DNA of 64,000 bases from Candidatus Pelearchaeum maunauluense (GTDB lineage: Archaea > Thermoproteota > Nitrososphaeria_A > Caldarchaeales > Caldarchaeaceae), in NCBI GenBank assembly GCA_030059675.1, contig JANVYQ010000006.1:32001-96000 (forward strand). The letters run 5' to 3'. The translations under genes and the position numbers were made by a program. The notes beneath the pieces were generated by a model, which saw only the letters and a list, made by a program, of their open reading frames with translations, had not been told where the DNA came from and did not search any database. Positions 19,560 through 28,720 of the stretch are shown piece after piece. Every line of letters begins with the position of its first letter. The stretch's first letter is position 1.

Positions 19560-20601
19560 GGTAGCTATACTGGGAGCAACTGGGCTGGTGGGCCAGCACT
19601 ACATAAAACTGCTAGCGCGGCACCCTTGGTTTAAGATAGCGACACTTACGGGCAAGGAGTCTGTAGGCAAGAAGTATGCGGAAGCTGTCAGAGGCGAGGC
19701 TCCAGACCCGCCTAAGGAGATAGCCGAGATGGAGGTAGTTCCCACAGAGCCAAAGTATGTTGATGCTGATTTTGTATTCTCCTGTCTCCCTACTGAGGCT
19801 GCTCGTGAGGCTGAGCCGAGTTTTGCGAAGGCAGGCTTCCCAGTGGTAAGTGACGCCTCGGCGCATAGGATGGATGATGATGTGCCGCTCATAATACCAG
19901 AGGTTAATCCAGGGCATCTGAAGCTGGTGGAAGCCCAGAGAAAAAGACGTGGCTGGGATGGCTTTATAGTAACAACGCCAAACTGCACTACCGTAGGGCT
20001 TGCGCTAACCCTATACCCGCTCCACAAGACGTATAACATCAGAAAAGCCGTTGTAACCACCATGCAGGCAGTATCTGGCGCAGGCTATCCGGGGGTTCCC
20101 TCGCTCTCAATAATGGGAAACGTCATACCATACATATCTGGCGAGGAAAAGAAGGTGGAGGTAGAAACCCTAAAGATACTCGGAAACCTTGAGAACAGTA
20201 TAGTAAAACCTGCCTCGCTGGAAATAGAAACTACATGCACACGCGTTCCTACGATAGATGGGCATCTTGAGTCTCTGCATATAGAGGCGGAGCGGCCAAT
20301 AAACGTGGATGAAGCCAAATCCGTCTTGGCCGAGTTTACTTCCGTGCCGCAGGAGCTTAACTTACCAACCGCTCCGCGTAGGCCGATAATCGTGAGGGAG
20401 GAGCAGGACAGGCCGCAGCCTAGGATAGATGCCGACGCAGGGACAGTGCCAGGGATGAGCGTTACGGTAGGCAGGGTAAGGCAGGGAAAGAGGCCGACAA
20501 CTCTTAACCTTCTGCTCCTGAGCCACAACTTAATACGAGGCGCCGCAGGCGTCGCTATACTCACGGCAGAACTAGCGCATCATTACGGGATGCTGAGGTG
20601 A
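19546..20601 (+). CDS. asd: Aspartate-semialdehyde dehydrogenase
   Basis: GATGLVG, PNCTT, QAVSGAG, HNLIRGAAG. Confidence 0.96.
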   Translation: MKQLKVAILGATGLVGQHYIKLLARHPWFKIATLTGKESVGKKYAEAVRGEAPDPPKEIAEMEVVPTEPKYVDADFVFSCLPTEAAREAEPSFAKAGFPVVSDASAHRMDDDVPLIIPEVNPGHLKLVEAQRKRRGWDGFIVTTPNCTTVGLALTLYPLHKTYNIRKAVVTTMQAVSGAGYPGVPSLSIMGNVIPYISGEEKKVEVETLKILGNLENSIVKPASLEIETTCTRVPTIDGHLESLHIEAERPINVDEAKSVLAEFTSVPQELNLPTAPRRPIIVREEQDRPQPRIDADAGTVPGMSVTVGRVRQGKRPTTLNLLLLSHNLIRGAAGVAILTAELAHHYGMLR

Positions 20602-20610
20602 ACTAATGCT

Positions 20611-21393
20611 ATGGTCTTCGGAAAACAGGTTCGCCTAGCAAGAATAACCGAGAACGGCAGAATGCTCTGCATACCCATGGACCACGGCGTAAGTGAAGGT
20701 CCTATTGCCGGTCTTGAGAATATCCATGATATGATGTTTATGCTTGAGGATGCGGGTGTAACGGCTCTACTCGCGCATAAGGGGGTCTTTAGAACGCTTC
20801 CACGTCCCCTAAAGGTTGGAGCAATAATGCATATGTCGGCTAGCACGAAGCTCAGCAGTAAGCCCAACTGGAAAGTCCAGGTGGCGTCAATAGAGGAGGC
20901 AATAAGACTGGGCGTTGACGCTGTTTCGGTCCATGTAAATATAGGAGGCGAGGATGATGCTGATATGTTATCCACGCTGGGGAGAATCGCGGATGTTTGC
21001 GACGACTTACAGATACCTTTTATCGCTATGATGTATCCGCGTGGCCCTAATATCAAGGATGATCGCGATCCTTCTGCGATAGCGCATGTGGCTCGAGTGG
21101 GAGCGGAGCTGGGGGCAGACATCGTAAAGACACCCATGCCGTCGGCTGAGCCTGATGAGATTAGGAAAGTCGTCAGGAGCTGCCCTGTACCTGTGGTGGC
21201 TGCTGGCGGGCCAAAGATGGAGCGCGACGAGGATGTTCTAAGGCTAGCGTGGGCGGTTATCCAAGGCGGCGGCATGGGAATAACCTTCGGTAGAAACGTC
21301 TTCCAACACAGCAGGCCGCGGCAGATTGTAAAGGCGCTCCGCGAGGTTATCTTCAACGGCAAGAAGCCTGAGGAGGCTTTACAAGTGGTATGA
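20611..21393 (+). CDS. aroA': 2-amino-3,7-dideoxy-D-threo-hept-6-ulosonate synthase (DhnA-type aldolase)
   Basis: PMDHG, MMYPRG, AELGADIVKT, GRNVFQH; directly upstream of DHQ synthase II. Confidence 0.9.
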   Translation: MVFGKQVRLARITENGRMLCIPMDHGVSEGPIAGLENIHDMMFMLEDAGVTALLAHKGVFRTLPRPLKVGAIMHMSASTKLSSKPNWKVQVASIEEAIRLGVDAVSVHVNIGGEDDADMLSTLGRIADVCDDLQIPFIAMMYPRGPNIKDDRDPSAIAHVARVGAELGADIVKTPMPSAEPDEIRKVVRSCPVPVVAAGGPKMERDEDVLRLAWAVIQGGGMGITFGRNVFQHSRPRQIVKALREVIFNGKKPEEALQVV

Positions 21394-22409
21394 AGCGGGT
21401 AATTATAGCGTTCAATAAATGGGATGAGCAGCTCGTACAGAAGGCAGCGAGGCTGGGGTTTAGGGAGTTTCTGGCCGAAAATCCAGAACAAGCACCGAGA
21501 GATGCTATAATCTATCTGGAGGAGTCTGGGAAGCGTCTCAAGCTAGCTGCAGATGGTAAGAGGGTGGAGGTTCCAGTTGTGCATGTAAAGACGCCCACCG
21601 ACCTTGAGCGTGTGGTTGAGCTGGGCAGGGCTGGGGCTGGAGAGGTGCATGTTAGGGCTGGAGACTGGAAGATAATTCCTCTGGAGAACCTTATCGCTAT
21701 GAAGCGTGGGCTTAAGATAGACGTGATAGCTGAGGCTGGCTCGCCCTCTGAGGCTGAGCTCATGTTTGGGATACTTGAACAGGGTGTTGATGGTGTAGTG
21801 GTGAGGGTAGCAAACGCGGGTGAGTTGGAGCTGATTAATGACGTGGCCAAAGCACCGACAAGCCTCAGACTTGACGAGGCGGTGGTGGAAGAGATAAAGG
21901 ATGTAGGGATGGGTGATAGGGTATGCGTGGATACTGTTGCTGTTCTTGAGTATGGTGAGGGGCTTCTAGTGGGAAGCATGGCGCGCATGTTCTTCCTAAT
22001 ACATAACGAGTCGGTAGGCTCTGCATTTACGTCGCCGAGGCCGTTTAGAGTAAATGCTGGCGCTGTCCATAGCTATGTCCTTATGCCAGATGGTAAGACG
22101 AAGTATCTCTCTGAGATAGGTGCGGGTGATAGGGTGTTGGTGGTCAGCAGTAAGGGGAAGACACGCATAGCTGCTGTAGGGAGGGCGAAGGTTGAGCGCA
22201 GGCCTATGCGGCTCGTAAGAGCGCGGATAGGAGAGAGCTGGGGAGCGGTAACAGTCCAGAACGCAGAGACCATAAGATTCGTAACACCAGACCATAAGCT
22301 CATATCTGTAACCGAGCTAAAGGAAGGAGATAGAATACTCTGCCACATGGCACCTGAGAAAGCGAGGCACTTTGGAATGGCTGTAGATGAGATGATTATA
22401 GAGCGTTGA
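21390..22409 (+). CDS. aroB': 3-dehydroquinate synthase II
   Basis: DWKIIPLENLIA, GDRVCVD, RPFRVNAGAVHSY, QNAETIR, ARHFG. Confidence 0.95.
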   Translation: MKRVIIAFNKWDEQLVQKAARLGFREFLAENPEQAPRDAIIYLEESGKRLKLAADGKRVEVPVVHVKTPTDLERVVELGRAGAGEVHVRAGDWKIIPLENLIAMKRGLKIDVIAEAGSPSEAELMFGILEQGVDGVVVRVANAGELELINDVAKAPTSLRLDEAVVEEIKDVGMGDRVCVDTVAVLEYGEGLLVGSMARMFFLIHNESVGSAFTSPRPFRVNAGAVHSYVLMPDGKTKYLSEIGAGDRVLVVSSKGKTRIAAVGRAKVERRPMRLVRARIGESWGAVTVQNAETIRFVTPDHKLISVTELKEGDRILCHMAPEKARHFGMAVDEMIIER

Positions 22410-22412
22410 AGA

Positions 22413-23096
22413 ATGAAGACAAGACTCTGTGTATCAACCTACGGTAATGATGTCGGAGAGCTGTCGCATAGGATAGGCGAAGCCCTAGACGCTGGCGCCG
22501 AGCTGGTTGAGGCAAGGCTTGACTACCTAAAACTAATAGAGCCAGAGACGCTGGTAAGAGTTCTCAAACCATATGCTGACAAGCTCATAATAACTCTTAG
22601 ACCAAAAAACCAAGGAGGACTATACGTTGGAGACGAAGCCCATAGAGTATCAATGCTCACTAAGCTATGTAGAATATCGCCAGCTTATGTTGATGTGGAA
22701 CTTAATGCGGCAACTCCAACTCTCATAGATAGCATAAAGCGAGAAAATGTGAAAATAATAATCTCTTGGCACGACTATACTAGAACACCTGAGCAGGATT
22801 TTCTAAGGAACCTCTGTGAGAAGGCTCTCACTATGGGTGATGTCGCCAAAATAGTTACGCTCTCAAGTTGTGAAGAAGATAATCTACGTGTGGTTAAGCT
22901 ATACGCCTACTATCCGCCTGAGCGTTTAGTGGCTTTCTGCATGGGTGAATCTGGCAGAGTAACGCGCTTGCTGGCGGTGTGCGCTGGAGCGCCTATCATG
23001 TATGTGTCTCTTGGAGGGAGAGCCACGGCGGCGGGGCAGATTGAGCTGGAAGAGATGAGGAGGCTCAGAGGCTGGGCGCTGGTGAAGAAGGCATGA
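22413..23096 (+). CDS. aroD: Type I 3-dehydroquinate dehydratase
   Basis: EARLDY, ISWHDY, AKIVT, FCMG, TAAGQ. Confidence 0.93.
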   Translation: MKTRLCVSTYGNDVGELSHRIGEALDAGAELVEARLDYLKLIEPETLVRVLKPYADKLIITLRPKNQGGLYVGDEAHRVSMLTKLCRISPAYVDVELNAATPTLIDSIKRENVKIIISWHDYTRTPEQDFLRNLCEKALTMGDVAKIVTLSSCEEDNLRVVKLYAYYPPERLVAFCMGESGRVTRLLAVCAGAPIMYVSLGGRATAAGQIELEEMRRLRGWALVKKA

Positions 23097-23947
23097 AGAA
23101 TAGGGGAAAGATATACGGTGTTATTGGAGACCCTATAGAGCACTCAGTATCGCCAGCCATGTTTAACGCGGTCTTCAGAGAAGCTGGCCTATGGGATAGC
23201 ATATACACAGCCATACGCGTAGCGAGTAATGAACTCCAGCAGCTCGTCAGAGCAATTCGTCTCCTTCCTTTTGGAGGAATTAACGTAACAATACCCCATA
23301 AAGTCAGTATTATGCGTTATCTAGACCTGCTTGACGAGTCTGCAGAAGAAGTGGGGGCTGTTAATACCGTGCATGTGGCTGGTGAGGAGCTGGTTGGCTA
23401 TAATACGGATATGTTGGCCGTCATGAGAGTACTTAAGCAGTTTAAACGCGCTGGAGACGGGGCTGTTGTTCTTGGATGCGGAGGTGCCGCCAGAGCCGCC
23501 GCCATAGCGCTCAGAGAACTATCCATCAATAAACAGACCTTCGTTGGCAGAAGTAGGAAAAGAATGCGGGAGATGAAGAGATTCACCGCAAGTCGCGGGA
23601 TTGACGCAGAAATCATAAGCTTTCAAGATTCCAAACTAAACAGCGTCCTTGAAAAAAGTAGTGTTATAATAAATGCAACACCAGTAGGAATGTATCCAAA
23701 TGTTAAGAGCACACCTATATATTCCTCGTTAATACCGCGCGGTGCTGTCGTATTTGATATGGTCTATAATCCAGAGGAGACTATGCTACTCAGAGCTGCC
23801 AAGCGAAGGGGAGCGCGTATAATCGGTGGGTTGGAGATGCTGGTGACGCAAGCTGAGGAAGCTTACCGTATATGGTTTGGTAGCCGCGCGCCGCGTGATA
23901 TTATGATGAGGGCTGCACGGAACGAGTTGAGGAGGTTTAAGAAGTGA
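23093..23947 (+). CDS. aroE: Shikimate dehydrogenase
   Basis: HSVSP, NVTIPHK, GAVNT, NTD, NATPVG, DMVYNP. Confidence 0.96.
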   Translation: MKNRGKIYGVIGDPIEHSVSPAMFNAVFREAGLWDSIYTAIRVASNELQQLVRAIRLLPFGGINVTIPHKVSIMRYLDLLDESAEEVGAVNTVHVAGEELVGYNTDMLAVMRVLKQFKRAGDGAVVLGCGGAARAAAIALRELSINKQTFVGRSRKRMREMKRFTASRGIDAEIISFQDSKLNSVLEKSSVIINATPVGMYPNVKSTPIYSSLIPRGAVVFDMVYNPEETMLLRAAKRRGARIIGGLEMLVTQAEEAYRIWFGSRAPRDIMMRAARNELRRFKK

Positions 23948-24813
23948 AAGGCTACGCAAAAGCTTTTGGCGCTGTATCAATAGTTAATGCAATAGCAGCA
24001 GGCCGCGGGTCGGCTTTAGGAATAGACCTATACACCGAAGCTAGTGTGGAGATAACCAATAAAACTCAAGACATAATTTTAAAGTCTGAGAATAATATTG
24101 GAGATTCTTCTCTTACGCGTGAAGTTTTTAGAATTATCGCCGAGAGGATAGGCTTGGCGGATGTTGGAGCGCTGATAAGAACCTCCTCCAACATCCCTGT
24201 AGCTGTGGGGCTTAAGAGTTCCAGCTCCTCGGCAGTAGCTATTGCTTGCGCAGTTCTTGACGCTGCGAGAGCCAGGATGCAAGATGAGGAGCTCTTATCC
24301 CTGATAGCAGAGGCTTCCTTAAGGTCGGGGACATCAATTACAGGAGCTATGGATGACGCTGCTGCATGTATGCTTGGAGGGCTTGTAATAACCGATAACA
24401 TAGGTAGAAAGCTCTTAAAACGGGTTGAAATACACGACCGCCTCTATGCGGTTATACACATACCCGAGCAGCAAAGAATATTCACACGTGACTTTAGAAA
24501 AGAGTTGTTATACCCTGTGAAGAGGCTGGTTGAGGAGGCGTTTAGGCTTGCATTAGAGGATAGGTACTGGGATGCGATGACGCTAAACGGCCTGCTCCAC
24601 GCGGCGGCGCTCTCCATCCCAGTAGCACCAGCGTTAGCCGCGTTAAGAGCAGGCGCCTTGGGGGCTGGGCTATCTGGAACAGGCCCCGCAACAGCTGCGA
24701 TATGCACAACAGACAAACTAGATGCCGTTAGAGAAGCCATGGAAGAGTATGGTGGTATGGTAATAGTTGCTCAGGTGAGCAATAAACGTGCAATAATTGG
24801 TGGCGGGTTTTGA
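23944..24813 (+). CDS. aroK: Archaeal shikimate kinase (GHMP family)
   Basis: SIVNAIA, GLKSSS, ITGAMDD, GLSGTGP. Confidence 0.94.
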   Translation: MKGYAKAFGAVSIVNAIAAGRGSALGIDLYTEASVEITNKTQDIILKSENNIGDSSLTREVFRIIAERIGLADVGALIRTSSNIPVAVGLKSSSSSAVAIACAVLDAARARMQDEELLSLIAEASLRSGTSITGAMDDAAACMLGGLVITDNIGRKLLKRVEIHDRLYAVIHIPEQQRIFTRDFRKELLYPVKRLVEEAFRLALEDRYWDAMTLNGLLHAAALSIPVAPALAALRAGALGAGLSGTGPATAAICTTDKLDAVREAMEEYGGMVIVAQVSNKRAIIGGGF

Positions 24814-26096
24814 TAACTGAGATAAGAAGAACATGTATTGATGGCGAGATAACCGTACCACCTAGCAAAAGCTATACCCACAGAGCAGTAGCTTTGGCGC
24901 TGCTGGCAGAAGGCGAATCCTATATAGAACGGCCACTAATATCAACAGATACTGAAGCAACAATCCATGCAGCAAAACAGTTAGGAGCCAACATAAAGAT
25001 GAAAGATAACTTACTCGTTACTACTGGGCGTAAACGCCTAAGATGCCCCGAAGACGTTATAAACGCAGAGAACTCTGGAACAACGCTACGTTTCTTCACC
25101 GCCATAGCTGCCTTGGCTGAAGCAGGTTATACTATCATAACAGGCGACGAAAGCCTCAGACGACGGCCTATGGATGCTCTTTTGGGCGCTCTTACAAAGC
25201 TGGGAGTTAGCTGCTGGTCATCTAAGGGTGATGGAACTGCACCGATAATAGTTAGGGGAGGTGGTATAAGAGGTGGTGAGACCAGCATAATAGGCTGGCA
25301 GTCATCACAGTTCATCTCCGCAATACTCATAGCGGGACAGAGAGCAGATGGTATGATAACACTACGTGTGGGAGGTGAGCCAGTCTCCAAACCCTACATA
25401 GACGCAACAATCGCGATGATAGAGCGGTTTGAAGGATGTGTGGAGAGAAGCGGCTATACGCTCTACACTGTAGGGCATCAGAGAGAGCTTAAAGCAACTG
25501 AGTTTAGAGTCCCAGGAGACTTCAGCTCTGCTTCATTTCACGTAGCCGCGGCATACCTGTCTGACGGTAGCGTTATGCTAAAGGGTCTGGATAAGAATCT
25601 ACCCCAAGCTGACGCAGCTATTCTTGACATAGCGTCAAAGATGGGCGCTGATGTGAATTGGTTATCTGGTAAAGTAGTGGTTAAGGGAAGGGGTACTCGT
25701 AAGCCAATCGAGATAAAGCTACGCGACTCCCCTGACCTATTGCCAGTGGTCGCTGTAATGGCTGCAGCCACACCTGGAACCAGCACCTTAAGAGACGTTG
25801 CACACGCACGCCTCAAGGAGAGCGACAGAATACAGATGATAGCCAAAGAACTGACAAAGCTGGGCGTTAAAACTAAGATTCTCGAAGACGGCTTGGAAAT
25901 AACTGGGCTGGAACAACCCGAAGGAGGTGTAACGATAGACTCCCACAACGACCATAGGCTTTTCATGGCCTTTACCGTGCTTGGCCTAGCATGCAAGAGA
26001 GGACTACGAATAACTGGAGCAGAATCAGCTGGTGTCTCTTATCCAGGATTTATAAACGACCTAACTAAACTCGGCGCCGAAATCCGAACAATTTAG
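24810..26096 (+). CDS. aroA: EPSP synthase
   Basis: PPSKSYTHR, NSGTTLRF, SSQFISA, RLKESDR, DHRL. Confidence 0.97.
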   Translation: MITEIRRTCIDGEITVPPSKSYTHRAVALALLAEGESYIERPLISTDTEATIHAAKQLGANIKMKDNLLVTTGRKRLRCPEDVINAENSGTTLRFFTAIAALAEAGYTIITGDESLRRRPMDALLGALTKLGVSCWSSKGDGTAPIIVRGGGIRGGETSIIGWQSSQFISAILIAGQRADGMITLRVGGEPVSKPYIDATIAMIERFEGCVERSGYTLYTVGHQRELKATEFRVPGDFSSASFHVAAAYLSDGSVMLKGLDKNLPQADAAILDIASKMGADVNWLSGKVVVKGRGTRKPIEIKLRDSPDLLPVVAVMAAATPGTSTLRDVAHARLKESDRIQMIAKELTKLGVKTKILEDGLEITGLEQPEGGVTIDSHNDHRLFMAFTVLGLACKRGLRITGAESAGVSYPGFINDLTKLGAEIRTI

Positions 26097-26138
26097 GCTC
26101 AACTCTTATCCGTCCGCAAGCAACATGCTTAAAACAGC

Positions 26139-26387
26139 ATGGTGAAGCAGGCAGTAGTAGCAGATTATGACGATGCTGTAACAATAGCTAAACAATATGT
26201 TAAGGCAAGCTATAGGCGGGCATCAGATATACAGGTCAAACGTGCGTGGATGGAGCCTCATTGGGAGGAGGGGCTGTGGATAGTTGAGCTCTCGTTCAAA
26301 CATAGGCCTAAGCTGTTGTCAAGAGCTAAGCGCATTAAGCTGCGGCTGAGGATAGACCCTATATCAGGGGAGGTTAAGGGAGATTAA
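26139..26387 (+). CDS. Small basic hypothetical protein (PepSY-like pattern)
   Basis: Own TATA-like site; AVTIAK...WIVEL...IDPISGEV pattern. Confidence 0.6.
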   Translation: MVKQAVVADYDDAVTIAKQYVKASYRRASDIQVKRAWMEPHWEEGLWIVELSFKHRPKLLSRAKRIKLRLRIDPISGEVKGD

Positions 26388-26574
26388 GGATTTTAAAAGG
26401 AAGGTCGTAGGTTGCAAGTGGCTTATCTTGCTTCTTATCTTCTTATGTTAATTCCGCTAGGTTTGCGGGAGTTGCGGCTCCCTCTGCTTGCGGTTGGGCG
26501 CGCGGGTCTCCTATCTCCATAATTTGGATTTAAATACTCCCTGAAACATTCTGCCAGCGTTTGAGGTTGAAAGT

Positions 26575-26892
26575 GTGATGAGAGCGCGATACCTCCTCCC
26601 TCTTGGTCTGTTGATACTTGCGGCGTTTGCGCTTGTTCCAGCGAATGCGCAGGAGCAGCCTCAGCAGGCTGCCTTGACGGATTTCGGCTCTAAGGTTATG
26701 GCTGCTGCTATAGCCTTCTTCGGGGCAGCCATCGGAGCTGGCGTTGCTATAGGCCGCGCTGGTGCTGCCGCGATAGCAGCGGCTGTGGAGAGAGCGGAGG
26801 TCAGAACCTTTGCAATCGTCATAGTAGCTTTCGCAGAGGCTATCGCAATCTACGGCATAGTCATCGTGTTCTTCATACTGGGCGCTGGCTAG
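26575..26892 (+). CDS. atpK: A-type ATP synthase subunit c (K) with N-terminal presequence
   Basis: GAAIGAGVAIG hairpin and AEAIAIYG carboxylate motif; hydrophobic leader ending ANA-Q. Confidence 0.93.
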   Translation: MMRARYLLPLGLLILAAFALVPANAQEQPQQAALTDFGSKVMAAAIAFFGAAIGAGVAIGRAGAAAIAAAVERAEVRTFAIVIVAFAEAIAIYGIVIVFFILGAG

Positions 26893-26923
26893 CAAAATTC
26901 CAACAGATATTTTTCATAAATTA

Positions 26924-27802
26924 TTATCTTATGAAGTAGCTTGCACCATACGAGAGGTAAAAGAAAGAGAAGGCCGCGGCTAACGCGCTTTGCCATCTAA
27001 GTTTCTTAGCATAAGCTATGGCGGCGGTAAGCAGCAAGACTGTAATAGTCTGGCTTATCACTAACAATACATCACGAATTATGAAGCTATACTCACCTGT
27101 CAATAAACCCAGCTTAAACACGCGGTCTAATATCGTAACGCCTGGGAGTAGGCCCATGGGGAGGAACGCCGCCGTCATACATGCTAAGAAGCGGCCATGC
27201 TCGGCCAACACTGGGAGAATATTCTGAGATTTAAAATATGTGCTTAGTTTTGAAGAATGAGCTTTCCCACCCAGAAGCCAGCTAACAAACGATAAATAAG
27301 CATGTGCAGCTATTAAGGTAAACAGGAGCTTCAAACCGAAGAGCTGGAGAGAAAAAATGTCAGGTCTTACTGCATGAAGTAAAACAAGGTCGTACCGCGC
27401 ATTAACTAGAAGAAGTGTTATGAGAGCTATTGATGTTCCTCCCACTATGGCTGAAGCGCCTGTGTTCTCGTATATTGGTGAGAATAACCATACAGGGAAA
27501 AAGATGTTACTGAGGGTTGTGATTATCTTGTTTGGTGGCTTAATTGTAGCGGTATCGGGAGACTGTTGGGTAACTACCCTATAGATTCTCTCACCCTGTT
27601 CTGTCAGCATGTAGTTTCTTCTTTGGTCCTGTGTTATCAGCGGCGCGAGTTGGCGTAGGTTATAGTATAGAGAGCCCGTACTTATTCCCAGCTTCTCCTT
27701 GAGGGATGTGGCACTTATCCGTCCAGCCTCACCCACCGCGAGTAGTATGCGGCGTCTTACCTTATGTCTTACCAGCCAAAGTAGTTCTTCAGCGGACATC
27801 AA
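26924..27802 (-). CDS. Winged-HTH domain fused to a multi-pass membrane domain
   Basis: HKVRRRIL...ISTGSLYYNLRQL ArsR-like HTH followed by about five hydrophobic segments. Confidence 0.8.
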   Translation of the reverse strand: MMSAEELLWLVRHKVRRRILLAVGEAGRISATSLKEKLGISTGSLYYNLRQLAPLITQDQRRNYMLTEQGERIYRVVTQQSPDTATIKPPNKIITTLSNIFFPVWLFSPIYENTGASAIVGGTSIALITLLLVNARYDLVLLHAVRPDIFSLQLFGLKLLFTLIAAHAYLSFVSWLLGGKAHSSKLSTYFKSQNILPVLAEHGRFLACMTAAFLPMGLLPGVTILDRVFKLGLLTGEYSFIIRDVLLVISQTITVLLLTAAIAYAKKLRWQSALAAAFSFFYLSYGASYFIR

Positions 27803-28144
27803 GCAACACCCCTATCGTCTTGATAATAGGCATCCAACCTACGCGCATCCCCTCCACTCTGCGTGGGTGGTTGGCTGCCCTAGCCATGTCGCTCTCCTCT
27901 TATTATTAAATTCTCCCTCCGCTGCAAACCCGTATAGAGCTACGTAATATCCGCTAGAAATACATCCAGCTCAACCAACGCCGCGTAGTGTTTCAGAGGA
28001 AATAGAAAATCCACTTCCACTAGATTAGAGTCCCTTGCATGTTTGTTCAACAAGTTAGAACGGCCAGTCCCATAATCCTGCTCTTGAGACGCTGGGGCGG
28101 GATGACCACTTATATACTGATGGCTGAATAAGGCATTTAGAGGC

Positions 28145-28720
28145 ATGGGGTTAGGGATGTTGTGGAGTGAGGATGCCGTAACATTTAGGGGCTTCATAAG
28201 GAAAAGCGGGAATAGCCTAGTCATAACTATACCCGCAGAGCTATCGCAGCGTTTTCTCCTAAGGGAGGGTCAGGAGTTTATAATCTTCGGCATGAGTAGG
28301 AGAAACCCAGACTTTGAAGGCGCACTCCAGATATACCTAGGATACTTCACGGTGTATGAGAAAGCGCCCACCGCGCTAATCAAGATACGCGACAAGCAGG
28401 TGGATTTAGATAGAGTAGAACAAGTGGCCAAACGCTATGGTGCAAGCAGAATATTGAGCGAAGGAGTAGAAGACGGTGAGACAAAACTAAAGATAGTTTT
28501 CGGAGGTATAGAGAATGGTGTTGTAAGGCGGCCAAAAACTATGGACGAGGTTAATACGCTAATCCCCCGCATAATCCGTGCTTTAGAGGAAGATGGTTAT
28601 CAAGCATCTTTGAAGGAGGTTAAAGAGGAGATATTCGAGTGGCATGAGATAGACCCTGCTACCATCTCAAAAGCTCCTACGCGGTTTGGTGAGAGTATTC
28701 GGTGGAAGTGGGAGACCTAA
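28145..28720 (+). CDS. AbrB/SpoVT-domain protein with a C-terminal extension
   Basis: IRKSGNSLVITIPAEL...LREGQE swapped-hairpin motif. Confidence 0.75.
   Translation: MGLGMLWSEDAVTFRGFIRKSGNSLVITIPAELSQRFLLREGQEFIIFGMSRRNPDFEGALQIYLGYFTVYEKAPTALIKIRDKQVDLDRVEQVAKRYGASRILSEGVEDGETKLKIVFGGIENGVVRRPKTMDEVNTLIPRIIRALEEDGYQASLKEVKEEIFEWHEIDPATISKAPTRFGESIRWKWET

Noticed and set aside
20583-21491. Long antisense ORFs such as the 302-aa minus-strand ORF over aroA' and many shorter ones
   Set aside because: Shadow frames of well-supported genes with no recognisable motifs.
26388-26530. GC-rich intergenic stretch with a small GGGAG/CTCCC hairpin and a 25-codon minus-strand ORF
   Set aside because: No tRNA, SRP or RNase P features and no convincing coding signal; insufficient support.
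17673-27970. Shared 13-mer AAATACATCCAGC in two intergenic regions (17673 and 27958)
   Set aside because: Tens of chance 13-mer pairs are expected in 64 kb; not palindromic; flanking genes unrelated.
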